NCBI RefSeq assembly: GCF_001447785.1
Contig: NW_015174329.1
Coordinates: 124,001-188,000 of the forward strand
DNA from: Gekko japonicus
Lineage: Eukaryota
DNA: 64,000 nt
Direction of reading: 5' to 3'
The notes under the pieces were generated by a model. It worked only from the letters and a program-made list of their open reading frames with translations. It had not been told where the DNA came from and made no database searches. A program made the position numbers and the translations under genes. This document shows, piece by piece, positions 26,799 through 36,883 of the stretch (its first letter is position 1; each line of letters starts with the position of its first letter).

Positions 26799-27097
26799 GG
26801 CATCTAACAAGCGGTCTGCCTGATTAGCCGGACTTCGGCGGATTTGCTTCCAAGGAACCCGATAAGAATCCGGGGCGTCGATGTGGGATTCTCCGCGGCT
26901 AGGAGGCAGGGCCTTCTCGACGGTGTCCCCGAGTCCCTGCCTTCTCGTTTTGCTTCACCTCTTCTGCGTTCTAGACACCAAATCAGAACCTTCCAGGAGC
27001 CTGAGGGAACCGTTTGAACAGCCTTGACCCGCGAAGAAACCCGGGGTATAAATCAATAATAAATTAATTACTTGATCAATAATAAAGAAATAATGTT

Positions 27098-27305
27098 GTG
27101 GGGTAGTGGTTAAGAGGGTCGGGACTAGTATCTGCAAGAGCCCGGTTCGAGTCCCCACTGGTGCCCTGGAACCTCGCTGGGCGGACTTGGACCAGTCAGC
27201 CTAGTCTACCTCACGGGGTTGTGGTTGGGAGGCCAAAACGGAGTAGAGGAGAACCAGACAAGCCGCTTTGGGGAGAAAGTTGGGGTATACATGAATTAAT
27301 CAAAT
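27098..27305 (+). mobile_element. tRNA-derived SINE (Squam3-like)
   Basis: gtagtggttaagag A box and ggttcgagtccc B box; body similar to 38494-38725. Confidence 0.7.
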
Positions 27306-27374
27306 AAACTTGAAACCGTTCTATTCATTTTTTTTTCCTCCCTGAGGTTTCTCTGACCTTGTGCTGTTGCTTAG

Positions 27375-27840
27375 NNNNNNNNNNNNNNNNNNNNNNNNNN
27401 NNNNNNNNNNNNNNNNNNNNNNNNNNNNNNNNNNNNNNNNNNNNNNNNNNNNNNNNNNNNNNNNNNNNNNNNNNNNNNNNNNNNNNNNNNNNNNNNNNNN
27501 NNNNNNNNNNNNNNNNNNNNNNNNNNNNNNNNNNNNNNNNNNNNNNNNNNNNNNNNNNNNNNNNNNNNNNNNNNNNNNNNNNNNNNNNNNNNNNNNNNNN
27601 NNNNNNNNNNNNNNNNNNNNNNNNNNNNNNNNNNNNNNNNNNNNNNNNNNNNNNNNNNNNNNNNNNNNNNNNNNNNNNNNNNNNNNNNNNNNNNNNNNNN
27701 NNNNNNNNNNNNNNNNNNNNNNNNNNNNNNNNNNNNNNNNNNNNNNNNNNNNNNNNNNNNNNNNNNNNNNNNNNNNNNNNNNNNNNNNNNNNNNNNNNNN
27801 NNNNNNNNNNNNNNNNNNNNNNNNNNNNNNNNNNNNNNNN
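27375..27840. other. Assembly gap
   Basis: Run of N. Confidence 1.
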
Positions 27841-27842
27841 AC

Positions 27843-30800
27843 AAAGGAAATGTAAAGAAGGCCGTTAAATGCTTTGTCTGTTCCCGAACGGGCCATCTTT
27901 CCAAAGACTGCTGGTTTAGACAATCACAGACAGATCAAAGAAATAAAGACATGCGCTCTCCCCCTATTTCTTCTGTAAGAGGAAACGCCAGAGGGCGTGG
28001 CAATGGGAAGCCAAACGGTCATCAGGGGCAGGAAAAATCCAAGCCTGTGTTTCTCCTGAGAGAGGCTGTGCCAGAAACTGCAGGAAAGCGAGCCGAATGT
28101 GCGAATGTGCTTGCTGTAAACATTAATCATAGCAGAGAATACAGTGATGAATCACTGTGGCTACTGGACACAGGGAGTGCCGTCCACATTTGCAACAGTG
28201 CTGAATATTTTGTTGATCTGAATAAAGATGAGATGCCCAAACTGATCAAAGTTGATAATGAACCATTGAGAGTTGCTGGAACAGGAAAGATTTTTCTTAA
28301 TGTGTTAAATTCTGCTGGCCAAATTCAGCAAATGACTTTAAATGATTGTGTATTTGTGCCTGAAGCTAGTACTTGTCTGATCTCCTCAAGGAGAATTATT
28401 GCTGCTGGTTTTAACATTAATCTTAAAAAGGGACAAGGAAAAATTTGGCACAAAGATGGAGTCGAGCTCATTATGGAAGAGCACGACAGTTACCATTATG
28501 TAAGAAATCTTGGCATAACTGAAAATGATGAACTGGACACAAGTGGACCTGTGTTTCACACAAAATCATCTGAATGTGAGCACAAAGACTGTTTATTTAA
28601 ATGGCATGTGATGTTTGCTCACAGAAATTTACAAAGTGTGAGAAAGCTTCTGAAGGGCTGTAATATTGATGCTGTTGAATGCAATACTATTAGTAATGGT
28701 TGTGATACCTGTTTTAAGGCAAAAGGCAAAGCGCCTTGTTACAGAGGCAAAAATCCAGAACAAGATAAAGGTTTTCTAGAGACTGTGTACTCAGATCTTG
28801 TTGGCCCTATCAAACAATCTACTGGTGGTAGTAAATACTTTGTGACTTTTATGGAAGCAAAATCCAGATATGTCTATACCTACCTACTTAAAAGTAAAGA
28901 CCAAGTACTTGACAAATTTAAGTGCTATGTTGCTGCTGTTAAAAATAAATTTGGCAAAGCGCCTGAAGTGTTATTCACTGACAATGGCACAGAGTATTGC
29001 AGCAGTGAGTTCCAAAGGTTCATGGAACAAGAAGGAATTGAACATCAAACAACTATTGTTTATTCTCCAGAACAAAATGGAACAGCGGAACGCTTAAACA
29101 GAACCATACTAGAAATGGCGCGTTCTATGCTAATACAATCTGGAATTTCAGAAGATATGTGGGGTGAAGCAGTCAATACAGCTACTTACCTGCACAATAG
29201 AGTTCCATCTAAAACTACAAATAAAATTCCTTTTCAATTATGGCATAACAGGATGCCTGGACTTAAACACATTAAAGCATTTGGATCTAAAGCCTATGCC
29301 CACATTCCAAAAGAGAAAAGGGGCAAATTAGAGCCAAGAGCAGAAATTGGTATCCTAGTGGGGTACGCTCAAGGAGGAAAAGGCTACCGAATTTTTGATT
29401 CTACAAACTGTGTAATTAGAGAATGCAATGTGGTACATGTTGATGAGAGTAACATCCTGCAAACTCCTAAGCCAGCTGAGTCCACAGCACAACCTGTCAA
29501 TCAGGAATCTACAGATGTCTCTTTCTTTGATGTGATCACTTGGCAATCTGCAGAGACCACCTGTGACCAGGCAGGTCCATCTCCACAAGAGGATTCCACC
29601 TCAGAAGGGGAACAAGGGAATTCCACCTCAGAAGGGGAACCAGGAGAGGCAACGCCAAGGGTAAGAGAGACAACTGCTGTGAGACAATCAGCAAGGAGTA
29701 CCAAAGGTGTTCCACCACCAATGTACGGAATTTGTGCAAGTGTGCAACAAATAAAGGAACCTACTAACTGGAAGGAAGTTAATCAACTACCTGCATCTGA
29801 AAGAAGCAAGTGGATTAATGCCATGGAAGAAGAATTTGCATCTTTGCAAGACAAACAAGTTTGGACTCTTACTGAGTTACCTTCAGAAAGAAAAGCCATC
29901 GGCTGTAAGTGGGTGTACAAAGTGAAGTATAACCCTGACGGCGAAGTGGACAAGTACAAAGCTCGTCTTGTCGCAAAAGGATTTTCTCAAAAATATGGAA
30001 TCGATTTCTCGGAAACTTTTGCACCTGTTGTAAGCTACACAACCTTCAGAACACTTTTGAGCATAGCAGCCTCAAGGGGCATGCACATTGAACATTTGGA
30101 CGTCAAAACTGCGTTTCTCAATGGAGAATTGAATGAAGAAATCTACATGGAACAACCAGAAGGATTTTCAACAAAAGGACAAGAAGGCCTAGTGTGCAAA
30201 CTCAACAAAAGCGTTTATGGACTAAAGCAAGCAGCAAAAGCGTGGAATGAGAAACTGACTGAACTGTTACAAAAACAGAACTTTCAACAAGGAATAGCAG
30301 AACCGTGTTTGTTCTCAAGAATCAAAAATGGACAATATCAGTACATACTCATTTATGTTGATGACTTGATTATTTGTTGTGAAAATCAAGGAGATGTACA
30401 GGAAATAGCAGATGAACTAAACAAGGAAGTGGAAGTGAAACAATTGGGACCTATAAAACACTATCTTGGAATACAAATTGAAAGAACTGATGATGGAAGT
30501 TTTCTTCTAAGCCAAAAGCAAAAGATCATGGACTTTATTGAATCTGTAGGAATGAAACATTCCAAGCCAGTGAGCACACCTCTTGAAAAGGATTACCTCA
30601 AGAATACAGAGGGACCACTACTTCCAAATAACCACGAATACAGATCAGCAATAGGAAAATTATTGTATCTTAGCAAAATTTGTCGACCAGACATAACTTC
30701 AGCTGTTGGACTATTATGCAGAAAGACCAGCTCACCGACTATCCATGACTGGAAAGCTGTAAAAAGACTGGCAAGATACCTAAAAGGAACTTTGGATTAC

Positions 30801-31313
30801 AAACTGAAAATCTCATCCTGTGATGAACCAAGACTGACTGGTTTCATGGATGCCAACTGGGGAAAAGACACAACTGATGGAAAATCTACAAGTGGATACT
30901 TATTCTACTATGGAAACAGTTTAATTGACTGGACTAGTCAAAAGCAATCTGTTGTAGCGATCTCTACTGCAGAAGCTGAATGTGTATCAGCGCAAAGTGC
31001 CAGCTATGAACTGTACTGGATCATTCATCTACTGAAAGACTTTGGAATAGATGAACCGAAACCAATAATAATGTATGAGGACAATCAAGCTTGCATCGTT
31101 CTCTGCAAAGGTGAGAGCACCAAATCCAAGAGTAAGACCATTGCTCTTCAATGCAAATATGTGAAAGACTTACAAGACAAAGGACTCATTGAACTTCGTT
31201 ACTGTCCTACTGACCAGATGACTGCCGACATCCTGACCAAGCCGCTTGACAAGCAACGTTTTGAGAATCTTCGTGAAAGTTTAAATTTGCATGATTTCAG
31301 TGTTATAACTTGA
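27843..31313 (+). CDS. Copia gag-pol polyprotein (5' end lost in gap): zinc knuckle, protease, integrase, RT, RNase H
   Basis: CFVCSRTGHLSKDC in frame upstream of the 1120-aa ORF; WLLDTGSA; TDNGTEY..EQNGTAER; YVDDL; ADILTKPL; Copia order PR-IN-RT-RH; no stops. Confidence 0.96.
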   Translation, partial: KGNVKKAVKCFVCSRTGHLSKDCWFRQSQTDQRNKDMRSPPISSVRGNARGRGNGKPNGHQGQEKSKPVFLLREAVPETAGKRAECANVLAVNINHSREYSDESLWLLDTGSAVHICNSAEYFVDLNKDEMPKLIKVDNEPLRVAGTGKIFLNVLNSAGQIQQMTLNDCVFVPEASTCLISSRRIIAAGFNINLKKGQGKIWHKDGVELIMEEHDSYHYVRNLGITENDELDTSGPVFHTKSSECEHKDCLFKWHVMFAHRNLQSVRKLLKGCNIDAVECNTISNGCDTCFKAKGKAPCYRGKNPEQDKGFLETVYSDLVGPIKQSTGGSKYFVTFMEAKSRYVYTYLLKSKDQVLDKFKCYVAAVKNKFGKAPEVLFTDNGTEYCSSEFQRFMEQEGIEHQTTIVYSPEQNGTAERLNRTILEMARSMLIQSGISEDMWGEAVNTATYLHNRVPSKTTNKIPFQLWHNRMPGLKHIKAFGSKAYAHIPKEKRGKLEPRAEIGILVGYAQGGKGYRIFDSTNCVIRECNVVHVDESNILQTPKPAESTAQPVNQESTDVSFFDVITWQSAETTCDQAGPSPQEDSTSEGEQGNSTSEGEPGEATPRVRETTAVRQSARSTKGVPPPMYGICASVQQIKEPTNWKEVNQLPASERSKWINAMEEEFASLQDKQVWTLTELPSERKAIGCKWVYKVKYNPDGEVDKYKARLVAKGFSQKYGIDFSETFAPVVSYTTFRTLLSIAASRGMHIEHLDVKTAFLNGELNEEIYMEQPEGFSTKGQEGLVCKLNKSVYGLKQAAKAWNEKLTELLQKQNFQQGIAEPCLFSRIKNGQYQYILIYVDDLIICCENQGDVQEIADELNKEVEVKQLGPIKHYLGIQIERTDDGSFLLSQKQKIMDFIESVGMKHSKPVSTPLEKDYLKNTEGPLLPNNHEYRSAIGKLLYLSKICRPDITSAVGLLCRKTSSPTIHDWKAVKRLARYLKGTLDYKLKISSCDEPRLTGFMDANWGKDTTDGKSTSGYLFYYGNSLIDWTSQKQSVVAISTAEAECVSAQSASYELYWIIHLLKDFGIDEPKPIIMYEDNQACIVLCKGESTKSKSKTIALQCKYVKDLQDKGLIELRYCPTDQMTADILTKPLDKQRFENLRESLNLHDFSVIT

Positions 31314-31320
31314 GAAGGGG

Positions 31321-31757
31321 TGTTGGAAGTTACAAGTTAGAACACTTCTATTCAGTATTTACTGAGTTAATGCTGTGTTCTGAATCACATGTTTGTTTGT
31401 ATCCTATCTGCTTAGAGAGTTAGAAAGCCCGCCAGATACAGATCTAGTTTGTTGTTCTGATTGGGGAATGGAGTGTTACTATTTAGCATTTTATGGCTCT
31501 TTGTCCCTGAGCAAGAAGAAGCAAGAAGAAGCTCCACTCTCCATTAGACTTTAGCCATGTAAGGAAGTCTCCATTACTCTTCGTTAAGTTTTCTAGATGA
31601 GAGGATGTAGAAATAAAGCTCTTTGTTATTTTACCTCCTGTTTACCCTACCCTTGATAGGTTGTTAGTAAAATTTTTATATTTTGAAACTACCATGGACT
31701 CAGACTCATTTTTACTCTGCTAAAAATTAAGAAATTAAATACTAAACTATCTAACAG
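31321..31757 (+). mobile_element. Copia 3' LTR (element C)
   Basis: Follows PPT TGAGAAGGGG; TG..CA; followed by GTGTG TSD and the resumed element B LTR. Confidence 0.95.
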
Positions 31758-32039
31758 TGTGTCTTTAAAAGTTTGGATGCATGGCTGTATGATAGTCTAG
31801 AGTAGTGGAAACAAGCAAGTGGTGCTTGGCGGTGGGATACGAACATCCTGAGGAAGAAAACACATTATAGAGAACATATATTGAGTGAAATAAAAAGTCT
31901 GGGAGAAGGAAAATTCAGCAATGGCAGTCTGAGGAGACAGACAGCTGAAGTGATATAGTGCTGTTGAGAGCTCTAGGACATCAACACAGTTCTGTAAAAT
32001 ACAGTAGAATTATAGAAAGAAATACAAAAAGACAGAAAA

Positions 32040-33650
32040 ATGGCAGAGTTTCTAGTATTAAAGAAAGAGGCTCTGATCCAAAAGTGTAAAGATTTAAATT
32101 TACCTCATGAAGGAAGAGGTACAGAACAGATGAAGGCTAGTCTGATTCAGAATGCGGTAGATGCTAGCAAACGTGAGAGGGAGAAAATATATAACCCCAG
32201 TCCAGAATATTTAAAGTATCTGAGAGAAAAACATAAAAAGGATCAAGAAAAGAGGAAAGCTGAAGCTGAACTTAAACTTAAAGAATTAGAGTTTAGGTCT
32301 AAAGAGATGGGTCGCATTTTTAAAGCAGAAAGATTACAAATAGAAAGAAGAAGACTTGAACTTGAAGAAAAAAGGAAAGAGAGAAACCCTGATTTCAAAC
32401 ATGAGTTTCCTCAGGTTGAACCAGCAGTCCCAGAAAACAAGCCTCTAGGTATATTGGCAACAAACAAATTTGATACATTTTCAGGGACACAGAGAGAAGA
32501 GGACTCACAGAGTCCTGTCAGGGTTAAAGAGAATTCCCAACTTACTGAAACAGAGAAAAACTTTAGAAGCCAGAGGTCTCAGAAAGAGATGTCAATTGAG
32601 CCTTTTGATGTCTGGATGAAAGACTATTTTGCTAAAGAAATTGCAGCAGAAAAAGCTAGCTATGAAGAATTCTTAAAATATCAATGGGAGAAGAAGGTAA
32701 AGGCCAGAGAGAAAACTGCTGAACTACTCCAGCATCCAGTTGTTGCTGTTATTTCCAGTAGCCCTATCCTAGAACTGAATACAGAAACTAAACCTGAGGT
32801 TATAGTAGAAGTTGAAAAGGAAAAGGAGGAGTCTGAAATTTCTTTGCAAGTACCTGCCAATAAGCAAGCCTCATCAGATCTCAGTATTGCTAGCTCAGAA
32901 GATAATAAACTGTCACAGAATACCTGTCTTCTAGAATCTGGTAGTGAAGAATTAGAAAATGTGTATGTTGAAGAGACTAGTACTGATACCCCTGTAGATA
33001 TAAAAGTGACAGTTGAAGTCAGTGGAGTTGGAACTGAGAATTCCAAGGTAAACCTATCTGATCCTGCTAAAGAGAATCCTGAGAAGCTGCAAAGTGAATC
33101 CATTTTACTGGGAGAAGATGTGGAAGCAAAGGGAAGTAGAGCTCAAATTACAGTGTTAAAGGAAGACATTGCATTGCAGAAGGAGCAAAAAGAAATTGAT
33201 GATGGAGTAACTGAAACAAATGTTAACACTAAAGAAAGAACAACATTATCTGAAGTTTTAATTCCTTGCCAGACTACTGAACCTCTTGTAGGAAAAAGGA
33301 AGGCAGTTTTGCAGAATTGGGAAGTGTTACCAGGAGCAACATACCTGGAACTATGGCAGCTGACAGAGGTCAACCAGCTTGGGAAGCAAGGAGAAGACAC
33401 TTTACATGAACTTTGTATTTTCTTAAGAAATGTTACTTAGAGACTTGCCATGGACAAACGTTTCAGAGTCTTTGCAAAACCAATTGATGTGCACAAAGTA
33501 CCAGACTATGTGACAGTTATCAAGCAGCCAATGGATCTTTCAGCAATTGTTTCTAAAATTGATCTGATTTGTAGCAGTGCTTTGGAGTATAATCCAGACA
33601 GAGACTCTGAACATTGTCTCATCAGAACTAGAAACACACAGATAGTGTAA
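32040..33650 (+). CDS. Gag-like coiled-coil protein fused in frame to a captured ATAD2 bromodomain fragment (one in-frame TAG at 33438-33440)
   Basis: 466-aa ORF continues in frame after TAG as RLAMDKRFRVFAKPIDVHKVPDYVTVIKQPMDLS..ALEYNPDRD. Confidence 0.85.
33231..33630 (+). pseudogene. ATAD2: Processed ATAD2 fragment (pre-bromodomain linker plus bromodomain)
   Basis: KRKAVLQNWEVLP...EDTLHELCIFLRNVT*RLAMDKRFRVF..PDYVTVIKQPMDLS..SKIDL aligns colinearly with recalled vertebrate ATAD2; no introns. Confidence 0.9.
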
Positions 33651-35280
33651 ATAGTAAAAACAAACAAAAACATAGCGGAGATGACCTCAGCCCAGCTGAT
33701 TTTGGACATCCCCAAGATGACCTCAGCCCAACTGTGGTACATCCCAGAAATGACATCAGCCTAAACAAGGGCATCACTTAGAGGAGAACAACACCCCAGC
33801 AGAGTTGGACTGTGAGTTAAGGAACCCACAAAAACATTTATGGCAACCAAGAAGAAGGAACTGAACTGAACTTGCAGTTAAAGACTATCAGAACTTTAAG
33901 AAGCCAGAAGAAGCTACACCCATCCCTTCGGACAAAGAGATGTGTTCCGCTTAAAGGACAAGGGGGGGATATGTAACAATTTCATGTTTAACTCTGTGTG
34001 TGTGTCTTTAAAAGTTTGGATGCATGACTGTATGATAGTCTAGAGTAGTGGAAACAAGCAAGTGGTTTGATTGGTGAGTGACAGAGAGGGGGAGGGGTTT
34101 TGGAAATGATTCTGTGTGGATGAGCAGATATGTCAGTCAAGAGTGTCAGTTAGAGATATGACAGTTGATGAAGACAGTTGATGTTCAGTTAAGCAGTTTT
34201 AGTTCTGATTTCTGTGAGAGAAGTTAAGTTCTGTGACAGGGAGAAGAGTGAAGCATCCCTGTGTGGGATGAGTTTAGTTCTGGGGTCTGAAGGAGAGACC
34301 TTCTTGTGTGTGATATGAGAGTTAAGTGCTGTGTCTGAAAGAAAGTGACAAGCAGTTCTGTGTTGAAACAGTTATAAGCTGAAGCTGAGTGTCTAGTAAA
34401 CAGTAAAGATTATATGGACTTAAAGAAAAAAGTGTTACAAAGTTACATACCCAGATCCCTGATAGTGGGAGAGAAAAGTGTGTGAAATATCAATAAATCT
34501 ACTTTTATTTAAGATACCAGTTCTGAAAGAAATTCTTCCCAGGAAACACATAGACCCTCATGAAAGCCTAAACCCTCGATATACCTACCCAGTGATGAAT
34601 ATTATATTATAAAGGTTTGGAAAGCCTTAAATTTCCTGGTGGCAGCCGGATACACATAATAAAATAAAACCTAAAGAACACTTTAAAGGGAAACCAGACC
34701 TCCCCAGTTAAGGGGTCGTCACAATCACCATCCTTGTTATCAGTCCTGTTGTGGATCAAGATACGATTTTACTTTTCTCTTGATCATCCTGGGTTCATCC
34801 ATCTTCTTTGTTATTTATTCCATGCTATTAATTTCCAGGCTCCCTTTTTCATTATTTGTTCTCACAACCGACCTTAGCGACAGTTGAGCGGGTGGGGTGG
34901 GTCTTTTACAGAAGAGGATCGGGCTGATGGTGGTGGGGGTTAAAATAAATCAAGGAGCAACTGGTTTGCACTGAATGGCGCTGAGGACACAACTGGTAAG
35001 GGACTGCCCTGTGCATACAGATCCTGCGAATGCAGACAGATTGCTGGAGTCTTTCCCCCCTTGGCAGACCTGTTGCTGCTGATATCTCACCATTTCAGAC
35101 GACTCCTAGGAAACGTATAACTTGCCTTTCAACACAAAGATTTTAAAGGAAGGCTGCAACAAAATACAAAGCAAACAAACTGGTATACTGCAGCTGGTCA
35201 GACTTAAAATTGTGAATAACTGAAACCTTATAAATTACCTGCCTACCATTTTCTTCTCACCTTGACACAGAGAGTACTCC

Positions 35281-35412
35281 ATCTTTCTGTGTCATACCTC
35301 TGAGGATGCCAGTCACAGTTACTGGCAAAACGCCAGGTCCTACAATGCCAAGACCATGGCCATACAACCCGGAAAATCTACAGCAACGAATGAACTCCGG
35401 CAGTGAAAGCCA
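35281..35412 (+). mobile_element. Penelope-like retroelement terminal fragment
   Basis: cctctgaggatgccag..gcaaaacg..caacccggaaaa motif typical of squamate Penelope ends. Confidence 0.5.
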
Positions 35413-36828
35413 TCTCCAGCTTTCTGCCTCAGGAGCCTTATAGCTAAACTAGGTTTCTTTATTCGACTCGTTCATGGGAGAAAGGCAGAGAAGGCTTTTT
35501 TTAAAGGGGAAGCTCGGAAGTTTGCAATTAGTTTCAATAAAAGTTATTTATGACGTTTGGCATCTATGACACTCGTTTTAGAATTTTTTGCTGTGGACCA
35601 ATGCAGCTACCGACCTGGGTTTTTTGTTTTTGTTTAGTTTTTTGGATACAATACTAAGAACGCTTGAATAAAATGCGACTGACGTCCAAGTAGGGTTGCT
35701 TACTTCGACTCCTGATTTGCACACATCCGGGCAGCATCTGACTCAACAAGGATCACTACAGTGAACGCCTCTTCTGCCGTGGCCGCCAGACTACAGGGCG
35801 ACGAAGCGTTTCTGTGCTAGATGGAGGTACTTCCAGGAGATCTGCCCTCCTACTACTAAGTAGCGGGGACTTGGCCACTGACCTCCGCTGTATTGGCTTG
35901 AGCCCTCTCATACCAATGCAAGTCCTCGTCGTTCCCTGTTAACTACACGGGGGGGGCTGACGGACCCCGCTTCCTTATTCGCGCTCATTCCCACATTCCC
36001 ATTCATGTTGACGCTCCTCCCCAGCCTCGATCTGCTTTGTTCTAGGTGAAGGCGCGCGGCCCACAGCACTGGACGCCCAGAAGAACCCGGGAAGGTACCG
36101 GTATTACTTTTTAAATTTACTACCCTCGACCCCGAAGCAGTCCGTGCGGCACAGAACTCCCCGGCAGCGTCGCTCTGAAGTGTAGCGCTCAATGATGCAC
36201 TCATGAGTTCTCTTCCTGTGTACTGAAGGCAACGTGCTTTTCTTTCCAGTATACCATGAGACTCGGGATGCCAATTGTACCCTCACAGATTTACTATAGA
36301 AGTTGAAATGAATGGGGCTGTTTCCAAATCTAATTAAAGAGGCTTCGGTGGGTGGTATGTGGTCCATGGGGTCGCGAAGAGTCGGACTCGAGTAACTCCC
36401 GAACAATTGCCGAAGCCACTCCAGCGATCCTTCCGAAACTGGACGGCTAGAGCTGAAGACGCTCCAGAGCCATTTCTCAAACGATTTTAGCAACCCCCTG
36501 GTTTCGAGCGCAAAGCAGAGAAGACCAAACAAGATGGTCTGGCCGGACGCAATGGGTAGATCAGGCCCAAGCCCTTGCTTTAGGCGACGCAGAGTTTAGG
36601 ACTTCCCTACTAAGGAATCATACATCCGTTCGTCGATGGCTTAACGTTTCCAAGCATATCCATTTCTCCCCCGCCCCGCCCGCCATCAAGATCTGAGGAA
36701 GGGGAGGGAGGCGTGCCAGGGACCGGGAATCCTTGATCTTTCCCGGAGACGACAAGAGACTCTCACGACGCATGGGTGAAACTGGAACCAACAGTCACGA
36801 CTGCTCACCAGGCCCACGCAGCCAAGTT

Positions 36829-36883
36829 ACATCCAGGAAACAGGAGCACAACTTCCTCTAGCCAGAGCCAGGAAATAGGAAAG
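36829..36883. promoter_or_regulatory. TAL1: Candidate SCL -3.8/-4 enhancer (five GGA[A/T] ETS cores)
   Basis: acATCC, caGGAAa, acTTCCt, caGGAAa, taGGAAa within 55 bp; position inferred by subtracting the LTR block. Confidence 0.5.

Larger units (their letters stand above)
26326..34723 (+). mobile_element. Non-autonomous Gypsy-like LTR element (element B): split and deleted 5' LTR (26326-26358 + 31763-31823), PBS-like ~31820-31838, Gag-like ORF, PPT, 3' LTR 33972-34723
   Basis: TGTAAC start shared by both LTRs; 3' LTR ends GTCACA; PPT AGGGGGGGATA; tRNA-Leu-like PBS; no pol. Confidence 0.8.

Noticed and set aside
27321-27923. ORFs of 164-200 aa
   Set aside because: Almost entirely X from the assembly gap
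29592-29640. 27-bp tandem repeat (DSTSEGE/NSTSEGE)
   Set aside because: Ordinary in-frame duplication in the variable IN-RT linker
33450-33650. Resident ATAD2 gene
   Set aside because: Intronless, partial, has a stop and a deletion, and lies inside an LTR element
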